Positions 29,280-39,726 of a stretch of 64,000 nucleotides of DNA are shown piece after piece. Position 1 is the first letter of the stretch, and each line of letters starts with the position of its first letter. The translations under genes were made by a program, and so were the position numbers. Source of the stretch: Actinomycetota bacterium (lineage in GTDB: Bacteria > Actinomycetota > Acidimicrobiia > Actinomarinales > Actinomarinaceae); assembly GCA_014384285.1 (NCBI GenBank), contig JACNGE010000009.1, forward strand, positions 13,799 to 77,798, read 5' to 3'. The notes under the pieces were generated by a model. The model did no database searches. It had not been told where the DNA came from and worked only from the letters and a program-made list of their open reading frames with translations.

Positions 29280-29696
29280 TTATGTTAAAAAATTAAATTT
29301 TTTTGTGATATGTGCACCTTGCATTGCTTCCTTTGAAGAAGTTTCAAGAACTTTATTAGTTAATTCTCCAATATTTTTTTCTGATATTCGTAACAATCCT
29401 AAAATAAGATGAAAATCAGCATTTGTTGGTGCTCGGCCAAAATGTGAAGATCGAAATAATATTAAATTTACAATTATATTTGTTATCAATTTTTTTCTTG
29501 GGTGAAATGACCACAATTCTTTATATTTGTTGACTATTTTTAATGCAAACCCACTATCAGGGCCAACATTATTATATCTCTCAAAATTTGGTTTTATTGA
29601 TTCTGCTGGTCTAGAAGGCATTCTCCTGGGAACTGGAAGAGGTATCTCAGTATGACTTACTCCATAATTAACGTTAACGTTTGGCTCTTGTGACAT
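29280..29696 (-). CDS. hypothetical protein
   Basis: ORF coupled to ilvE (TAATG overlap); RP.E, GPDSGFAL and R.S.FGRAP look like conserved blocks. Confidence 0.65.
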   Translation of the reverse strand: MSQEPNVNVNYGVSHTEIPLPVPRRMPSRPAESIKPNFERYNNVGPDSGFALKIVNKYKELWSFHPRKKLITNIIVNLILFRSSHFGRAPTNADFHLILGLLRISEKNIGELTNKVLETSSKEAMQGAHITKKFNFLT

Positions 29697-30610
29697 TAAA
29701 TTAATGTTATATAATTTTTAAAATTATCTTCTTTTCCATTAACTATTTCTAAGTATTTATTTCTTATACTTGATGTAATAGGGCCAACACTACCATCACC
29801 TATGTTAACTTTATCAATCGAAACAATACCGACTACTTCTGTTGCTGTTCCTGTAAAAAATATTTCATCAGATGCGAGTAAATCTTCACTTGTAAGATCT
29901 TTTTCCTCGATTTCTAATCCAAGATACTTTGCTATTTCAAAAACTGTTTTTCTTGTTATCCCGCCTAGTGCGCCAGTTTCAACTGGTGGGGTAAACAATT
30001 TATTGTCTTTGCATATAAAAATATTCTGCCCGCTTCCTTCAGCAACAGTCCCTTTATCACTTAACATAATTGCATCATCAAATCCTTGTTTTACAGCATC
30101 AATTTTTGCTAACGTTGAATTCATATAACCACCCACTCCTTTTGCAAATGGTTTAAAACTTTTTGGACTAATTCTTTGCCACTCGGAAATGCATACATTA
30201 ACACCTTTGCTTGCAGCTTCATCACCAAGATATGCACCCCACTCCCAAGCTGCTATTGCTACTCTTACAGGTATATCTAGTGGGAGAAGTCCCATTTCGC
30301 CATCTCCTAAAAAAACAAGTGGTCTTATATATGCAGATTTTAATTTATTAACTTTAACAATTTCTTTAATTGCATTAGTAATGACGTTCTTGTTGAAAGG
30401 AATCTCAAGATTGTATGCTTCTGCAGATCGATATAACCTATCAACATGGTCATTCAAGAACTGTATTGATGTTCCTTGTGCTGTTTCTCTTGCACGCATG
30501 CCTTCAAAAACCCCAGTGCCGTAATGCAAAGTATGAGTCATAACGCTTACTGTTGCTTTATCCCACTCTACAAGGTCTCCATCAAGCCAAATGTACTCTG
30601 ATTTTTTCAT
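29696..30610 (-). CDS. ilvE: branched-chain amino acid aminotransferase (probable ATG start at 30610)
   Basis: HTLHYGTGVFEG.R, YIRP, W.WGAYLG, AK..G.Y.NS, EGSGQNIF, GITR, FFTGTA. Confidence 0.93.
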   Translation of the reverse strand: MKKSEYIWLDGDLVEWDKATVSVMTHTLHYGTGVFEGMRARETAQGTSIQFLNDHVDRLYRSAEAYNLEIPFNKNVITNAIKEIVKVNKLKSAYIRPLVFLGDGEMGLLPLDIPVRVAIAAWEWGAYLGDEAASKGVNVCISEWQRISPKSFKPFAKGVGGYMNSTLAKIDAVKQGFDDAIMLSDKGTVAEGSGQNIFICKDNKLFTPPVETGALGGITRKTVFEIAKYLGLEIEEKDLTSEDLLASDEIFFTGTATEVVGIVSIDKVNIGDGSVGPITSSIRNKYLEIVNGKEDNFKNYITLI

Positions 30611-30623
30611 TATTAAATACAAA

Positions 30624-30634
30624 TACTACACCTT
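30624..30634 (-). promoter_or_regulatory. AAGGTGTAGTA motif upstream of ilvE (identical copy upstream of gltB)
   Basis: Exact 11-mer 13 nt before the ATG at 30610; same spacing as the copy at 53215-53225. Confidence 0.45.
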
Positions 30635-30672
30635 TTATCTTGTGAATCCAGAAAAAATACTAATATTCAAAT

Positions 30673-31134
30673 ATGAAAACTTTTATCGCTTCTGGGTTTG
30701 GTTTAGGTCTATTATGGAAGTTTTTATTTGCAGATAAAAAAGGTGGTGGTTCTTTTGCCTCTTTGGTTTATGTGATTGCAATATACCTTTTTAAAATACA
30801 GACTATTTGGCTTTTATTAATTTTTTTCTTACTAACGATAATATATTTTGCTGTAGTTGATGATGAAACTGCCTCAAATGATCCAAGTTGGATAACTCTT
30901 GACGAAATTATAGGTATGAGCTTAGCCTCATTAGCTTCTCCTTCTCAGCTACTCCCACTAATTACAGGGTTTATTATCTTCAGAGCATCAGACATATTAA
31001 AACAACCAAACATCGTTGCTCAAATGGAAGATTTGCCAGGTAAGAAAGGTGTCCTCTATGATGACCTAGCAGCAGGTGCTTTTGGTTTACTTGGTGCAAC
31101 AATAGTTAATCAGTTTATTATTTTATCTCTTTAA
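30673..31134 (+). CDS. pgpA: phosphatidylglycerophosphatase A family protein
   Basis: DPS.I.LDEI.G, FR..DILK.P, DDL.AG. Confidence 0.8.
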   Translation: MKTFIASGFGLGLLWKFLFADKKGGGSFASLVYVIAIYLFKIQTIWLLLIFFLLTIIYFAVVDDETASNDPSWITLDEIIGMSLASLASPSQLLPLITGFIIFRASDILKQPNIVAQMEDLPGKKGVLYDDLAAGAFGLLGATIVNQFIILSL

Positions 31135-32560
31135 GTAAAAGTTCTTTTGCAACAGATGGGTTAACTTTACCATTTGAAAGTTTTATAACTTGACCAACTA
31201 AAAATCCAATTAACTTTTCTTCTCCATTAGCAATACGCTCTAAAACTTCAGAGTTTTCTTTAATTATTTCTTTTACCATTTTACTAATTTCTTCTGTGTC
31301 ATTTTCCTGTATAAGTTTATTTGAAATAGCATATTCCTCCGGATTTATTTTCTCCTCAATTAGTTCTGCCAAAATTTCTTTTCCAGAAGTAAAAGATATT
31401 TTATCATTCTTAACTAAAGAGATTATCTCTGCCAGTTGCTCAGCGGTCATCCATTCTGGTGGAGAAGTTTCCCCAAGCTTTCTAAGTTGTCCTTGTAGTT
31501 CACCCGTTATCCAATTAAAAGTTGTCTTTGAATCATTGGTGATATCAGAAACACTTTTGTAAAGTTCGCCCATCCATTTTGGACTTTTTCCTATACTGTT
31601 TGCCTCTTCTATACTTAACCCGCTATTAATAAATGTATTTCTTTTTTCTGATGGTAAAACTGGCATGTTGTTTTTAATCTTGTCAATGAAATCCTCGCTT
31701 AGTATCATATTTGGAATATCAGGATCTGAAAAATAACGATAGTCTGCACTTCCCTCTTTTGATCTCATAGAACTAGTTACTTCTTTTTTTTCATCCCAGT
31801 GTCTAGTTTCTTGAATAATAGTTTCGTTATTATTTAGCATTTTTGTTTGTCTAGAGATTTCATATTCTATTGCTTTTTCAAGTGAACGTAGTGAGTTCAT
31901 ATTTTTAATCTCGACTTTTGTTCCTAACTCATCATCATTCTCATATGCAACTGAGATATTTGCATCAAACCTAAGATTGCCTTTTTCCAATTTTCCTTCA
32001 GATATGTCTAAGTCAATTACAAGCTGTCTTAATTCTTCAATATATGACACTGCTTCTTTTGACGACTTAATTAGCGGTTTTGTCACTACTTCAACTAATG
32101 GTATACCTGCTCTATTGAAATCTAGATGTGTGCTGGTTGCTGAATCAATTCTTCCTGAACCAATATGTGTACTTTTTCCTGTATCTTCTTCCATGTGTAC
32201 TCGTTCAATTTCTACAGTAGAAAACTCTCCATTCACTACAATTTCAAGAGAACCTTCGGTGCCAACTGGTAAATCAAATTGAGAAATCTGATAGTTTTTT
32301 GGAAGATCTGGATAAAAGTAATTTTTTCTATGAAACATTCCATCAGTTGTAATTTGACACTTCGTGCTTAAGGCTAGGAGTGTGATGAATTCAATAGCCC
32401 TTTTGTTTGGAACTGGTAGTGAACCAGGTAGCCCTAAACAAGTTGGACATAGGTTCTCATTAGGTTTATCAGTTTCAACAACATTACACCTGCAGAACAT
32501 TTTTGAGTTAGTTTTTAGTTCTACGTGTGTTTCCATTCCTATAGTTGGTACAATTTTCAA
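31118..32560 (-). CDS. gatB: Asp/Glu-tRNA amidotransferase subunit B
   Basis: IGMETHVEL, RKNYFYPDLPKNYQISQ, HMEEDTGK, EIKNMNS, DYRYF. Confidence 0.96.
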   Translation of the reverse strand: MKIVPTIGMETHVELKTNSKMFCRCNVVETDKPNENLCPTCLGLPGSLPVPNKRAIEFITLLALSTKCQITTDGMFHRKNYFYPDLPKNYQISQFDLPVGTEGSLEIVVNGEFSTVEIERVHMEEDTGKSTHIGSGRIDSATSTHLDFNRAGIPLVEVVTKPLIKSSKEAVSYIEELRQLVIDLDISEGKLEKGNLRFDANISVAYENDDELGTKVEIKNMNSLRSLEKAIEYEISRQTKMLNNNETIIQETRHWDEKKEVTSSMRSKEGSADYRYFSDPDIPNMILSEDFIDKIKNNMPVLPSEKRNTFINSGLSIEEANSIGKSPKWMGELYKSVSDITNDSKTTFNWITGELQGQLRKLGETSPPEWMTAEQLAEIISLVKNDKISFTSGKEILAELIEEKINPEEYAISNKLIQENDTEEISKMVKEIIKENSEVLERIANGEEKLIGFLVGQVIKLSNGKVNPSVAKELLLKEIK

Positions 32561-34011
32561 CTTACATCACCTTTTATTTCTGGCAATGAAGTAAAAGAAA
32601 CTACTGATTCAAGTTTTTGAGAGAATTCTAAAAGTGTGTTGTCAGTATTGGCTGGACTCATAATCTGCACAGATAGAGGAAGTCCATTTGAAGACAACCC
32701 CGTAGGTATACTAATCGCTGGCATTCCAACAAGGTTTGCAGGAATAGTACATAAATCTGACATATACATCTCTAACTGATTGTCAGATTTTTCTCCAAAC
32801 TTAAATGGATCAGAAGGAGTTGTAGGAGAAATAAGGTAATCAACTTCTTTATAAGTTTCTGTAAATTCCTTTTTCATCATAGCTCGAGCTTTTAATGCTT
32901 GACCATAAAATGCATCATAATAACCAGCTGAAAGAGCATAGGTTCCTAATAAAATTCTTTTTTTAACCTCTGGACCAAATCCCTCAGCTCTTGTATTTTC
33001 CATCATTTCATAGCTTGTATTTCCAGCAACTCTATTCCCATACCTTACACCATCAAATCTTGATAAATTTGCAGAACACTCAGCAGGTGCAATGAGATAG
33101 TAAATACTGATCGACATTTTAGTCAAAGGTAATGAAACTTCTACAATTTCGTGACCTTGTGATTCAAGTAATTTTGCAACTTTTTGAACTTCTAATTTAG
33201 CATCCTCGGAAATTCCATCTTCCATAAGTTCTTTTATAATTCCTATTTTTGCATTTTTTAATTTAGGTTGTTTAGTTTTGCTTTCTTTACCTGAAGTTGC
33301 ATCAAAAGGATCGAATCCCTTCATTGAGTTAAAAAGAATTTTTGAGTCTTCTACATTATTAGTAATCGGTCCAATCTGATCTAAAGATGAAGCAAATGCT
33401 ACCAATCCAAATCTTGAAACCGTTCCATAGGTTGGTTTAAATCCAACAACTCCACAAAAAGATGCCGGTTGCCTGATAGATCCTCCTGTATCACTCCCAA
33501 GGGAAGCAATTGCTGAGCCAGCAGAGACAACTGCTGCAGACCCTCCGGACGAACCTCCTGGAACTCTAGACGGATCCCAGGGATTTTTTGTTGGTCCAAA
33601 TGCAGAATTTTCAGTTGATGACCCCATAGCGAATTCATCTAAGTTTGTTTTGCCTGTGAACATTACACCTTCATCTTTAAGCTTAGTTATAACTGTTGCA
33701 TCATATGGTGAGATGTAGTTCGAAAGCATTTGTGATGAACAAGTTGTTGCATAGCCTGCAATATTAATATTATCTTTTATTGCAATTGGAATCCCATCAA
33801 GTATTCCTAATTCAGTTCCATTTTCATAACGTTTGTCAGCATCAGCAGCTTTTTTTATATTTTCATCTTGAAATAAGGTTAGATGTCCATGAATTATTGA
33901 CTCTGTGTTTGCTGCACGTTCAAACACTTCACTGTAAAGTTCTGATGGTTTTAATTTTTTATCTTTAAATAATTTATTTATTTCAGAAATAGAAAGTTTG
34001 TAATGATTCAT
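32557..34011 (-). CDS. gatA: Asp/Glu-tRNA amidotransferase subunit A
   Basis: KTNLDEFAMGSSTENS, PGGSSGGS, GSDTGGSIRQP, SAGYYDAFY. Confidence 0.96.
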   Translation of the reverse strand: MNHYKLSISEINKLFKDKKLKPSELYSEVFERAANTESIIHGHLTLFQDENIKKAADADKRYENGTELGILDGIPIAIKDNINIAGYATTCSSQMLSNYISPYDATVITKLKDEGVMFTGKTNLDEFAMGSSTENSAFGPTKNPWDPSRVPGGSSGGSAAVVSAGSAIASLGSDTGGSIRQPASFCGVVGFKPTYGTVSRFGLVAFASSLDQIGPITNNVEDSKILFNSMKGFDPFDATSGKESKTKQPKLKNAKIGIIKELMEDGISEDAKLEVQKVAKLLESQGHEIVEVSLPLTKMSISIYYLIAPAECSANLSRFDGVRYGNRVAGNTSYEMMENTRAEGFGPEVKKRILLGTYALSAGYYDAFYGQALKARAMMKKEFTETYKEVDYLISPTTPSDPFKFGEKSDNQLEMYMSDLCTIPANLVGMPAISIPTGLSSNGLPLSVQIMSPANTDNTLLEFSQKLESVVSFTSLPEIKGDVS

Positions 34012-34013
34012 AA

Positions 34014-34298
34014 TTAATCTAATGAAGGTGGTACTACAAACTGACCATCTGATGATTCTGGAGCATTGCTTAGCGCTTCTTCGTGACTTAAGAAAATGAT
34101 TGCTTCATCATCAGCTAGATTTAGAGGCGTGCCAAGTGGATGAATACTTATTTTTTCATCTGGTAAATTCATTTCACTTAGAGCAGCAAAATGATCAATA
34201 ATCATTGACAAATCTTTTTCTAACTTGTTCTCTTCTTCAGTAGTTAGGTTTAATGCTGCCAATTTTGCAACATTTTTAATATCAATTTTATCGGTCAT
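34014..34298 (-). CDS. gatC: Asp/Glu-tRNA amidotransferase subunit C
   Basis: VAKLA.L, L..I, AL.NAP...GQF.VP; immediately upstream of gatA. Confidence 0.9.
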   Translation of the reverse strand: MTDKIDIKNVAKLAALNLTTEEENKLEKDLSMIIDHFAALSEMNLPDEKISIHPLGTPLNLADDEAIIFLSHEEALSNAPESSDGQFVVPPSLD

Positions 34299-34302
34299 AA
34301 AT

Positions 34303-35337
34303 TTAACTTTCTAGGTACTTAACAATAGACTCATATGATTCTACTATTTGATCTGTATTAACAAATTCATCTGGCGAGTGTGCTAAAAGAGGATCTCCTG
34401 GACCGTAATTCACTGCAGGGATACCCTCTTTATAAAATCTTGCTATATCAGTCCAAGCTTGTTTAGGTGTAACTTTGGCACCTGTGGATGCTATAAAATT
34501 TTTAATACTCTGAGATTCCAAATTAGGAAGAGCTCCATTTGATGTGTTTTTTATTGTAACTTCCCCAAACTTTGAAAAACTTTCAATAATAAAATCAGCT
34601 GCTTCATTTTCATCTGATGTTGGTAAAAATCTGTAATTTATATTTATATTTATATGTGACGGAATTACATTGTTCGCAGTTCCACCTGTAATTGTTGTGG
34701 CACTTATAATTTTTTTAAATAATAATCCATCAATTATGTTGTCTTCAACTTCATTATTTTGAATATAATTTATTACTTCAGGCAGTTTAAATATTGGATT
34801 TTCACCCATCCATGGACGTGCAGAATGAGCAGATTTACCATTTATTTGCAGATCAGCATTTACTGAACCTAGGCACCCCAATTGAACCTCACCATTTGTG
34901 GGTTCAAGAATAATAGCAAATTCAAGGTTAAAGTCTTTTTGTAATATAGGCATTAGAATCTCTAGCCCATTATCAACCATGGGTCCCTCTTCTGAGGTGT
35001 AAAAAATTGCAGCTACATTTTCAAAATTATTGCTCATGATTTTTAACATCACTGCTACCCCACTTTTCATGTCGACGGACCCTCTTCCATAAATTTTTGA
35101 GTCATCATCGACGATTACTTGCGATTCATCTATAGGAACTGTGTCAACATGGCCAACTAATGCGATACTCGACTTTGATGACGGATAATAGGCAATGATT
35201 CCCCCTTCATTTCTTAATATTGTTCCAGAAAATCCAGAATTGCTTAATTCACGTTCTATAAAATCAAGTATTTTTACTTCGTTACCGGTTACTGATTGAA
35301 TGGCTATTAACTCTCTAGTTAATTTATCTAAACTCAA
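34303..35337 (-). CDS. dapE: succinyl-diaminopimelate desuccinylase (M20 family); start corrected to the TTG overlapping the dapD stop
   Basis: GHVDTVP, GRGSVDMK, EE, G..AHSARPW, WTD.ARF, PGDP.LAH. Confidence 0.88.
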   Translation of the reverse strand: MSLDKLTRELIAIQSVTGNEVKILDFIERELSNSGFSGTILRNEGGIIAYYPSSKSSIALVGHVDTVPIDESQVIVDDDSKIYGRGSVDMKSGVAVMLKIMSNNFENVAAIFYTSEEGPMVDNGLEILMPILQKDFNLEFAIILEPTNGEVQLGCLGSVNADLQINGKSAHSARPWMGENPIFKLPEVINYIQNNEVEDNIIDGLLFKKIISATTITGGTANNVIPSHINININYRFLPTSDENEAADFIIESFSKFGEVTIKNTSNGALPNLESQSIKNFIASTGAKVTPKQAWTDIARFYKEGIPAVNYGPGDPLLAHSPDEFVNTDQIVESYESIVKYLES

Positions 35338-36140
35338 ACTTGAACTCCAAATGTTCTTAGCGCATCGTTCAAAGAGGTTTTTTGATTTGTTGATTCTTTT
35401 CTTTTTCCAATTATTAAAGCACACATAGTATTGAATTCACCGCTTGGAAATGATTTGGGACGAGTTCCTGGTATTACAACCGAATTTTCAGGGACTATTC
35501 CTTTGTATTCTTTTGGTTCATCTCCAGTAACATCGATTATAGGAGTAGTTGCTGTGATTGTTACATTTGCCCCAATGACGGCACCTTTTTCAATCTTTAC
35601 ACCCTCGACAATGATAGATCTTGAACCAATAAATGCACCATCCTCAATAATTACTGGCATCGCACTTGGGGGTTCTAAAACTCCACCGATACCAACTCCT
35701 CCAGATAAATGAACATTTTTTCCAATTTGTGCACATGATCCGACAGTAGCCCATGTATCAACCATTGTTCCAGAACCTACATATGCACCTATATTGACAA
35801 AGCCTGGCATGACAACAACACCAGGTTCACAAAAACCTCCATACCGTACTACCCCAGGCGGTACTACCCTAATTTTTAACTTTTCATAATTCTTTTTCGG
35901 TTCTATTTTGTCGTAATACTCAAGTTCACCTGAACTAATTATTTCCAAATTTTTAATTGAGAAATAGTGGAGTATGGCTGTTTTTACCCATTCATTCACA
36001 ATCCAATCGTTGCCTGATGGTTCAGCTACTCTAATTTTTCCTGTATCTAATAATCTTATTACTTCTTCAATGACTGAAATTTGATGTGACGTGACATTAA
36101 TGATATCTATATCTTCTATTTCTTTTTTAAAATTATCCAT
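35334..36140 (-). CDS. dapD: tetrahydrodipicolinate N-succinyltransferase
   Basis: LD.G.IRVA, RVVP, VNIGAYV..GTMVDTWATVGSCAQIG, GVGIGGVLEP. Confidence 0.94.
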   Translation of the reverse strand: MDNFKKEIEDIDIINVTSHQISVIEEVIRLLDTGKIRVAEPSGNDWIVNEWVKTAILHYFSIKNLEIISSGELEYYDKIEPKKNYEKLKIRVVPPGVVRYGGFCEPGVVVMPGFVNIGAYVGSGTMVDTWATVGSCAQIGKNVHLSGGVGIGGVLEPPSAMPVIIEDGAFIGSRSIIVEGVKIEKGAVIGANVTITATTPIIDVTGDEPKEYKGIVPENSVVIPGTRPKSFPSGEFNTMCALIIGKRKESTNQKTSLNDALRTFGVQV

Positions 36141-36185
36141 AATTTGCTTTGGTCTCTTTTTAGTTATTAGATAATATTTTAGTGT

Positions 36186-36593
36186 ATGAAAAAGAACACT
36201 TATAGACTTATTTTTCTTTCTTTATCTTTACTTCTATTCTTGACTATCTATGTAGGAGTTAATTTTTATCAAGATAATGATGAACTAGTTGTCCTTCCAG
36301 CCGTTATTGAAGGCATTTCACCTTTACCAAACTATCAAGTTCCTCAACAGACATCTTTAGAAATAAATTTACCAGTTGATTATGAAATAGTGCTTATAGT
36401 TAATAACTACATCATCCCATCTTCAGAGATACTTAATGTAGAAGCAACCGGAGTTTTTGTTTGGAAACCAGGACCAAATAAAACTTTTGAAAGCTGGAGC
36501 CCAGGAGAACAAAATATTCGTATAACTTGGAGTAAAGTTGTAGGACTGCCTGATGTAGGTGAATTCTCTTGGAAGTTTTATATTAACAATTAG
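36186..36593 (+). CDS. hypothetical membrane-anchored/exported protein
   Basis: N-terminal basic plus hydrophobic segment, followed by a beta-rich domain ending FSWKF. Confidence 0.65.
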   Translation: MKKNTYRLIFLSLSLLLFLTIYVGVNFYQDNDELVVLPAVIEGISPLPNYQVPQQTSLEINLPVDYEIVLIVNNYIIPSSEILNVEATGVFVWKPGPNKTFESWSPGEQNIRITWSKVVGLPDVGEFSWKFYINN

Positions 36594-38656
36594 TTAATTA
36601 AATCAAAGAGATCTTGTTCTGAGATAATGTCTACTTTTAAATCTTTGGCCTTTTTCAACTTTGAACCTGGATTTTCTCCAGAAATAAGATAATCTGTATT
36701 TTTTGAGATAGATGTAGTTACTGAACCTCCATTGTTTTCAATAAGGTTGATAAATTCCTGTCTATTTGAATTTTGAAGCGTTCCAGTTATTACAAAAGTT
36801 TTCCCAGTAAGTATTGTGTTACTTTCTTTTTTATCTTGGCTAAAAGAGAATCCTTTTTCTTTTAGGGAATTGAGAGTTGTTATATTTTTTTCTTGTGCTT
36901 TCCATTCATTCAAAGAATTAATAACACTTCCTGAAATACCATGGATATTTTCTAATTGATTTGAATCTGCAGCAAGAATATTTTCAATAGATCCGAAGTT
37001 TTGAAATAACAGATTGACAGTTCTTTTTCCGACAAAACGAATCCCTAATGCTGTGAGCAGTCTTGATGGTTGTGAGTTTGTAGATTTATTTATAGCATTA
37101 ATTAGATTGGAAGCTTTTTTATTTTCCCACTGTGGAAGTTTTACTAAATCATCATATTTTAGATTGAATATATCTTCAATATCACCAATCAATCCTGTGC
37201 TAAGCAAAATTTCTACTGTTTCTTTTCCCATTCCGTCAATTTCTAAACCCGCTCTTGATGCAAAAAATATTATGGACTCTTTTTTTGCAATCTTACAAGA
37301 CGAACCTCCACTACATCTTGGAACTTTTTCCTCTTTGTGAAAAATTATTTCATATTCACCACATGGACAAGTTTTAGGCATCTTCCATTTTTTTTGTGAA
37401 CCATCTCTTCTTGTCTTTAATGAGCTGACTACCTCAGGTATTACATCTCCTGCTCTTCTAACTACAACATAGTCATTAATTCTTAAATCTTTTCTATTGA
37501 TTTCATCCGGATTATGTAGAGATGCAAAAGAAACCATTGCTCCCCCAACACTTATTGGTTGTAATACCGCTACTGGTGTTACGGCTCCTGTTCTACCGGT
37601 TTGAAGCTTTATATCTGTAAGAATAGTTGTTTGCTCTTCTGCTGGAAATTTAAAAGCCACTGCCCACCTTGGAGATTTTGATGTGTAGCCTAACTCATCT
37701 TGGATAATTGTAGAGTTAATTTTCATTACGACTCCATCTATTTGGTATGAGTAGTCATTTCGTTTATCTTCAATACGTTTTAAGGTAGCTTCTATTTCAT
37801 TAATCGACATGGTAAGAAAAACTTCATTTGTTTCAAATCCAGACTCTTTAAGGGTTTTTATCTGATCGCTATGCGATGAGAAGGCTTCAGAATCATCATG
37901 ATTTATTAATTGATACGCTAATAATCTAATATCTCGTTTAGCTGTAATGGACGAGTCTTTTTGCCTTAGTGAACCAGCGGCAGCATTTCTAGAATTAATA
38001 AAACTAGACACTCCCTCATTCCTGATTGCGGCAATCATAGACTTCTCTTCCTTGGTGGGATTTTTAATTGATTTTAATTTTTCTAATTTAATCTCATCTT
38101 TTTTTCGTTTCTTATTTAAGTTGTCAAAACTTTCAGTTGGCATATAGATTTCACCTCGAACTTCTAAAGTGCCTTTGGAATTTGTCTTTAATCTAAGTGG
38201 TAAGTTCATTATTGTTTTCACATTATGGGTGACATCTTCACCGATTACACCATCGCCACGAGTAAGTCCCTGTTGTAAAATACCATCTTTGTATATGATT
38301 GAAATTGCTAAACCATCTATTTTTGGTTCTAAAGAAACAGGGAATAATTGTTGATCAGTTATTTTGCTGAGTCTTTCGAACCATTTATTGATATCTTCTA
38401 TGTTTTCTGCATTATCTAAACTGTACATTCTTTGAACATGTTCTATTTGATTAAAAGCGGTGTCTGGAGTCCCTGTTACTCTTTGAGTTGGCGAATAAAC
38501 CTTTACCTCTGATGGGTTGTTTAATTCGAACTGTTTAAGTTCATTGAAAAGTTTGTCATATTCTCCATCAGACATTATCGGGCTATTTAAGACATAATAA
38601 GCATGTTCTGCTTCTGATAGCTGAGTTATTACTTTGTCAATATCTTTAGCGTTCAT
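36590..38656 (-). CDS. ligA: NAD-dependent DNA ligase
   Basis: EPKIDG (adenylated Lys), TRGDG, EVRGE, RNAAAGSLRQ, GDVIP, C-terminal BRCT GSKL.KA. Confidence 0.96.
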   Translation of the reverse strand: MNAKDIDKVITQLSEAEHAYYVLNSPIMSDGEYDKLFNELKQFELNNPSEVKVYSPTQRVTGTPDTAFNQIEHVQRMYSLDNAENIEDINKWFERLSKITDQQLFPVSLEPKIDGLAISIIYKDGILQQGLTRGDGVIGEDVTHNVKTIMNLPLRLKTNSKGTLEVRGEIYMPTESFDNLNKKRKKDEIKLEKLKSIKNPTKEEKSMIAAIRNEGVSSFINSRNAAAGSLRQKDSSITAKRDIRLLAYQLINHDDSEAFSSHSDQIKTLKESGFETNEVFLTMSINEIEATLKRIEDKRNDYSYQIDGVVMKINSTIIQDELGYTSKSPRWAVAFKFPAEEQTTILTDIKLQTGRTGAVTPVAVLQPISVGGAMVSFASLHNPDEINRKDLRINDYVVVRRAGDVIPEVVSSLKTRRDGSQKKWKMPKTCPCGEYEIIFHKEEKVPRCSGGSSCKIAKKESIIFFASRAGLEIDGMGKETVEILLSTGLIGDIEDIFNLKYDDLVKLPQWENKKASNLINAINKSTNSQPSRLLTALGIRFVGKRTVNLLFQNFGSIENILAADSNQLENIHGISGSVINSLNEWKAQEKNITTLNSLKEKGFSFSQDKKESNTILTGKTFVITGTLQNSNRQEFINLIENNGGSVTTSISKNTDYLISGENPGSKLKKAKDLKVDIISEQDLFDLIN

Positions 38657-39726
38657 ACAGAAAGTTTTTGATTAAGTTCTGAAGTTATTCTTCCGCCTCC
38701 AATTAGTTTTGTCCCTGAATACAAAACACCAAATTGGCCGGGAGCTACTCCGAATGTTGCATCGTGCAATAATACTTTTAGTGCGCTGTCGTCAATCATT
38801 TCTATCTCACAGGGAAGATCGTCAGAATTGTATCTTGTTTGGATACTAAGACTCTTTGTTTCTATTTCGTTTACAAATGAGGTATCTTCTAAGTAAAAAG
38901 TAGATGTAAGCAGCTCTTCTTTGTTTCCGACATAAACTTTCTTATTCTTTACATCGATTTTAGTAACATATTTTGGTGAACCTTGTCCTCCAGGTATTCC
39001 TTTACGTTGACCAACTGTAAATTCATGAATACCTTGATGATTTCCCATAATTTCGCCCTGACTATCAACTATTTCTCCTGAAGTTGAAATATCAATTCTT
39101 TTATCAACAAAATCTCGATAATTTTTTTTGCCCACAAAACATATATCTTGACTATCTTTTTTAAATGCAGTCTTTAAACCTAAATCAGCAGCTATTTGTC
39201 TAACTTCTGGTTTAGAAATAGTTCCTAGAGGAAACATTACATTCTCTAGCGTTGATGAATTTAACATATGAAGAACATATGATTGGTCTTTATCTAAATA
39301 ATCTGCTTTGTGTAATTCATATTGTTCCTCATTTTTTATTATTTTTGCATAATGACCCGTAGCCACCTTGTCACAGTTAAGTTTTTTTGCTTGCTTGAGA
39401 AAGTGATCAAATTTAACCGATCTATTGCACTCAACACATGGATTTGGAGTAAGTCCCTGCGCATACATATCTATAAAATTATCAACAACCTTGTCCGAAA
39501 ATGATTCTGTGTAATCTAAAACGTAGTAAGGAATATCTAGCTTGGCTGCAACTTTACGGGCATCTTCACTATCAGAAGCTGTGCAACAACCTGTTTCGGG
39601 CATTTCTCCATTTGGTCCTTCCCATAATTTCATAGTAACACCGATTACTTCATGGCCTTGTGACTTGAGAAGACCTGCAACTACTGATGAATCCACCCCA
39701 CCGCTCATTGCAACTAAAACTCTCAT
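38653..39726 (-). CDS. mnmA: tRNA 2-thiouridylase
   Basis: AMSGGVDSS, TPNPCV.CN, ATGHYA, KDQSY, DSQDICF, PGQ. Confidence 0.96.
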   Translation of the reverse strand: MRVLVAMSGGVDSSVVAGLLKSQGHEVIGVTMKLWEGPNGEMPETGCCTASDSEDARKVAAKLDIPYYVLDYTESFSDKVVDNFIDMYAQGLTPNPCVECNRSVKFDHFLKQAKKLNCDKVATGHYAKIIKNEEQYELHKADYLDKDQSYVLHMLNSSTLENVMFPLGTISKPEVRQIAADLGLKTAFKKDSQDICFVGKKNYRDFVDKRIDISTSGEIVDSQGEIMGNHQGIHEFTVGQRKGIPGGQGSPKYVTKIDVKNKKVYVGNKEELLTSTFYLEDTSFVNEIETKSLSIQTRYNSDDLPCEIEMIDDSALKVLLHDATFGVAPGQFGVLYSGTKLIGGGRITSELNQKLSV

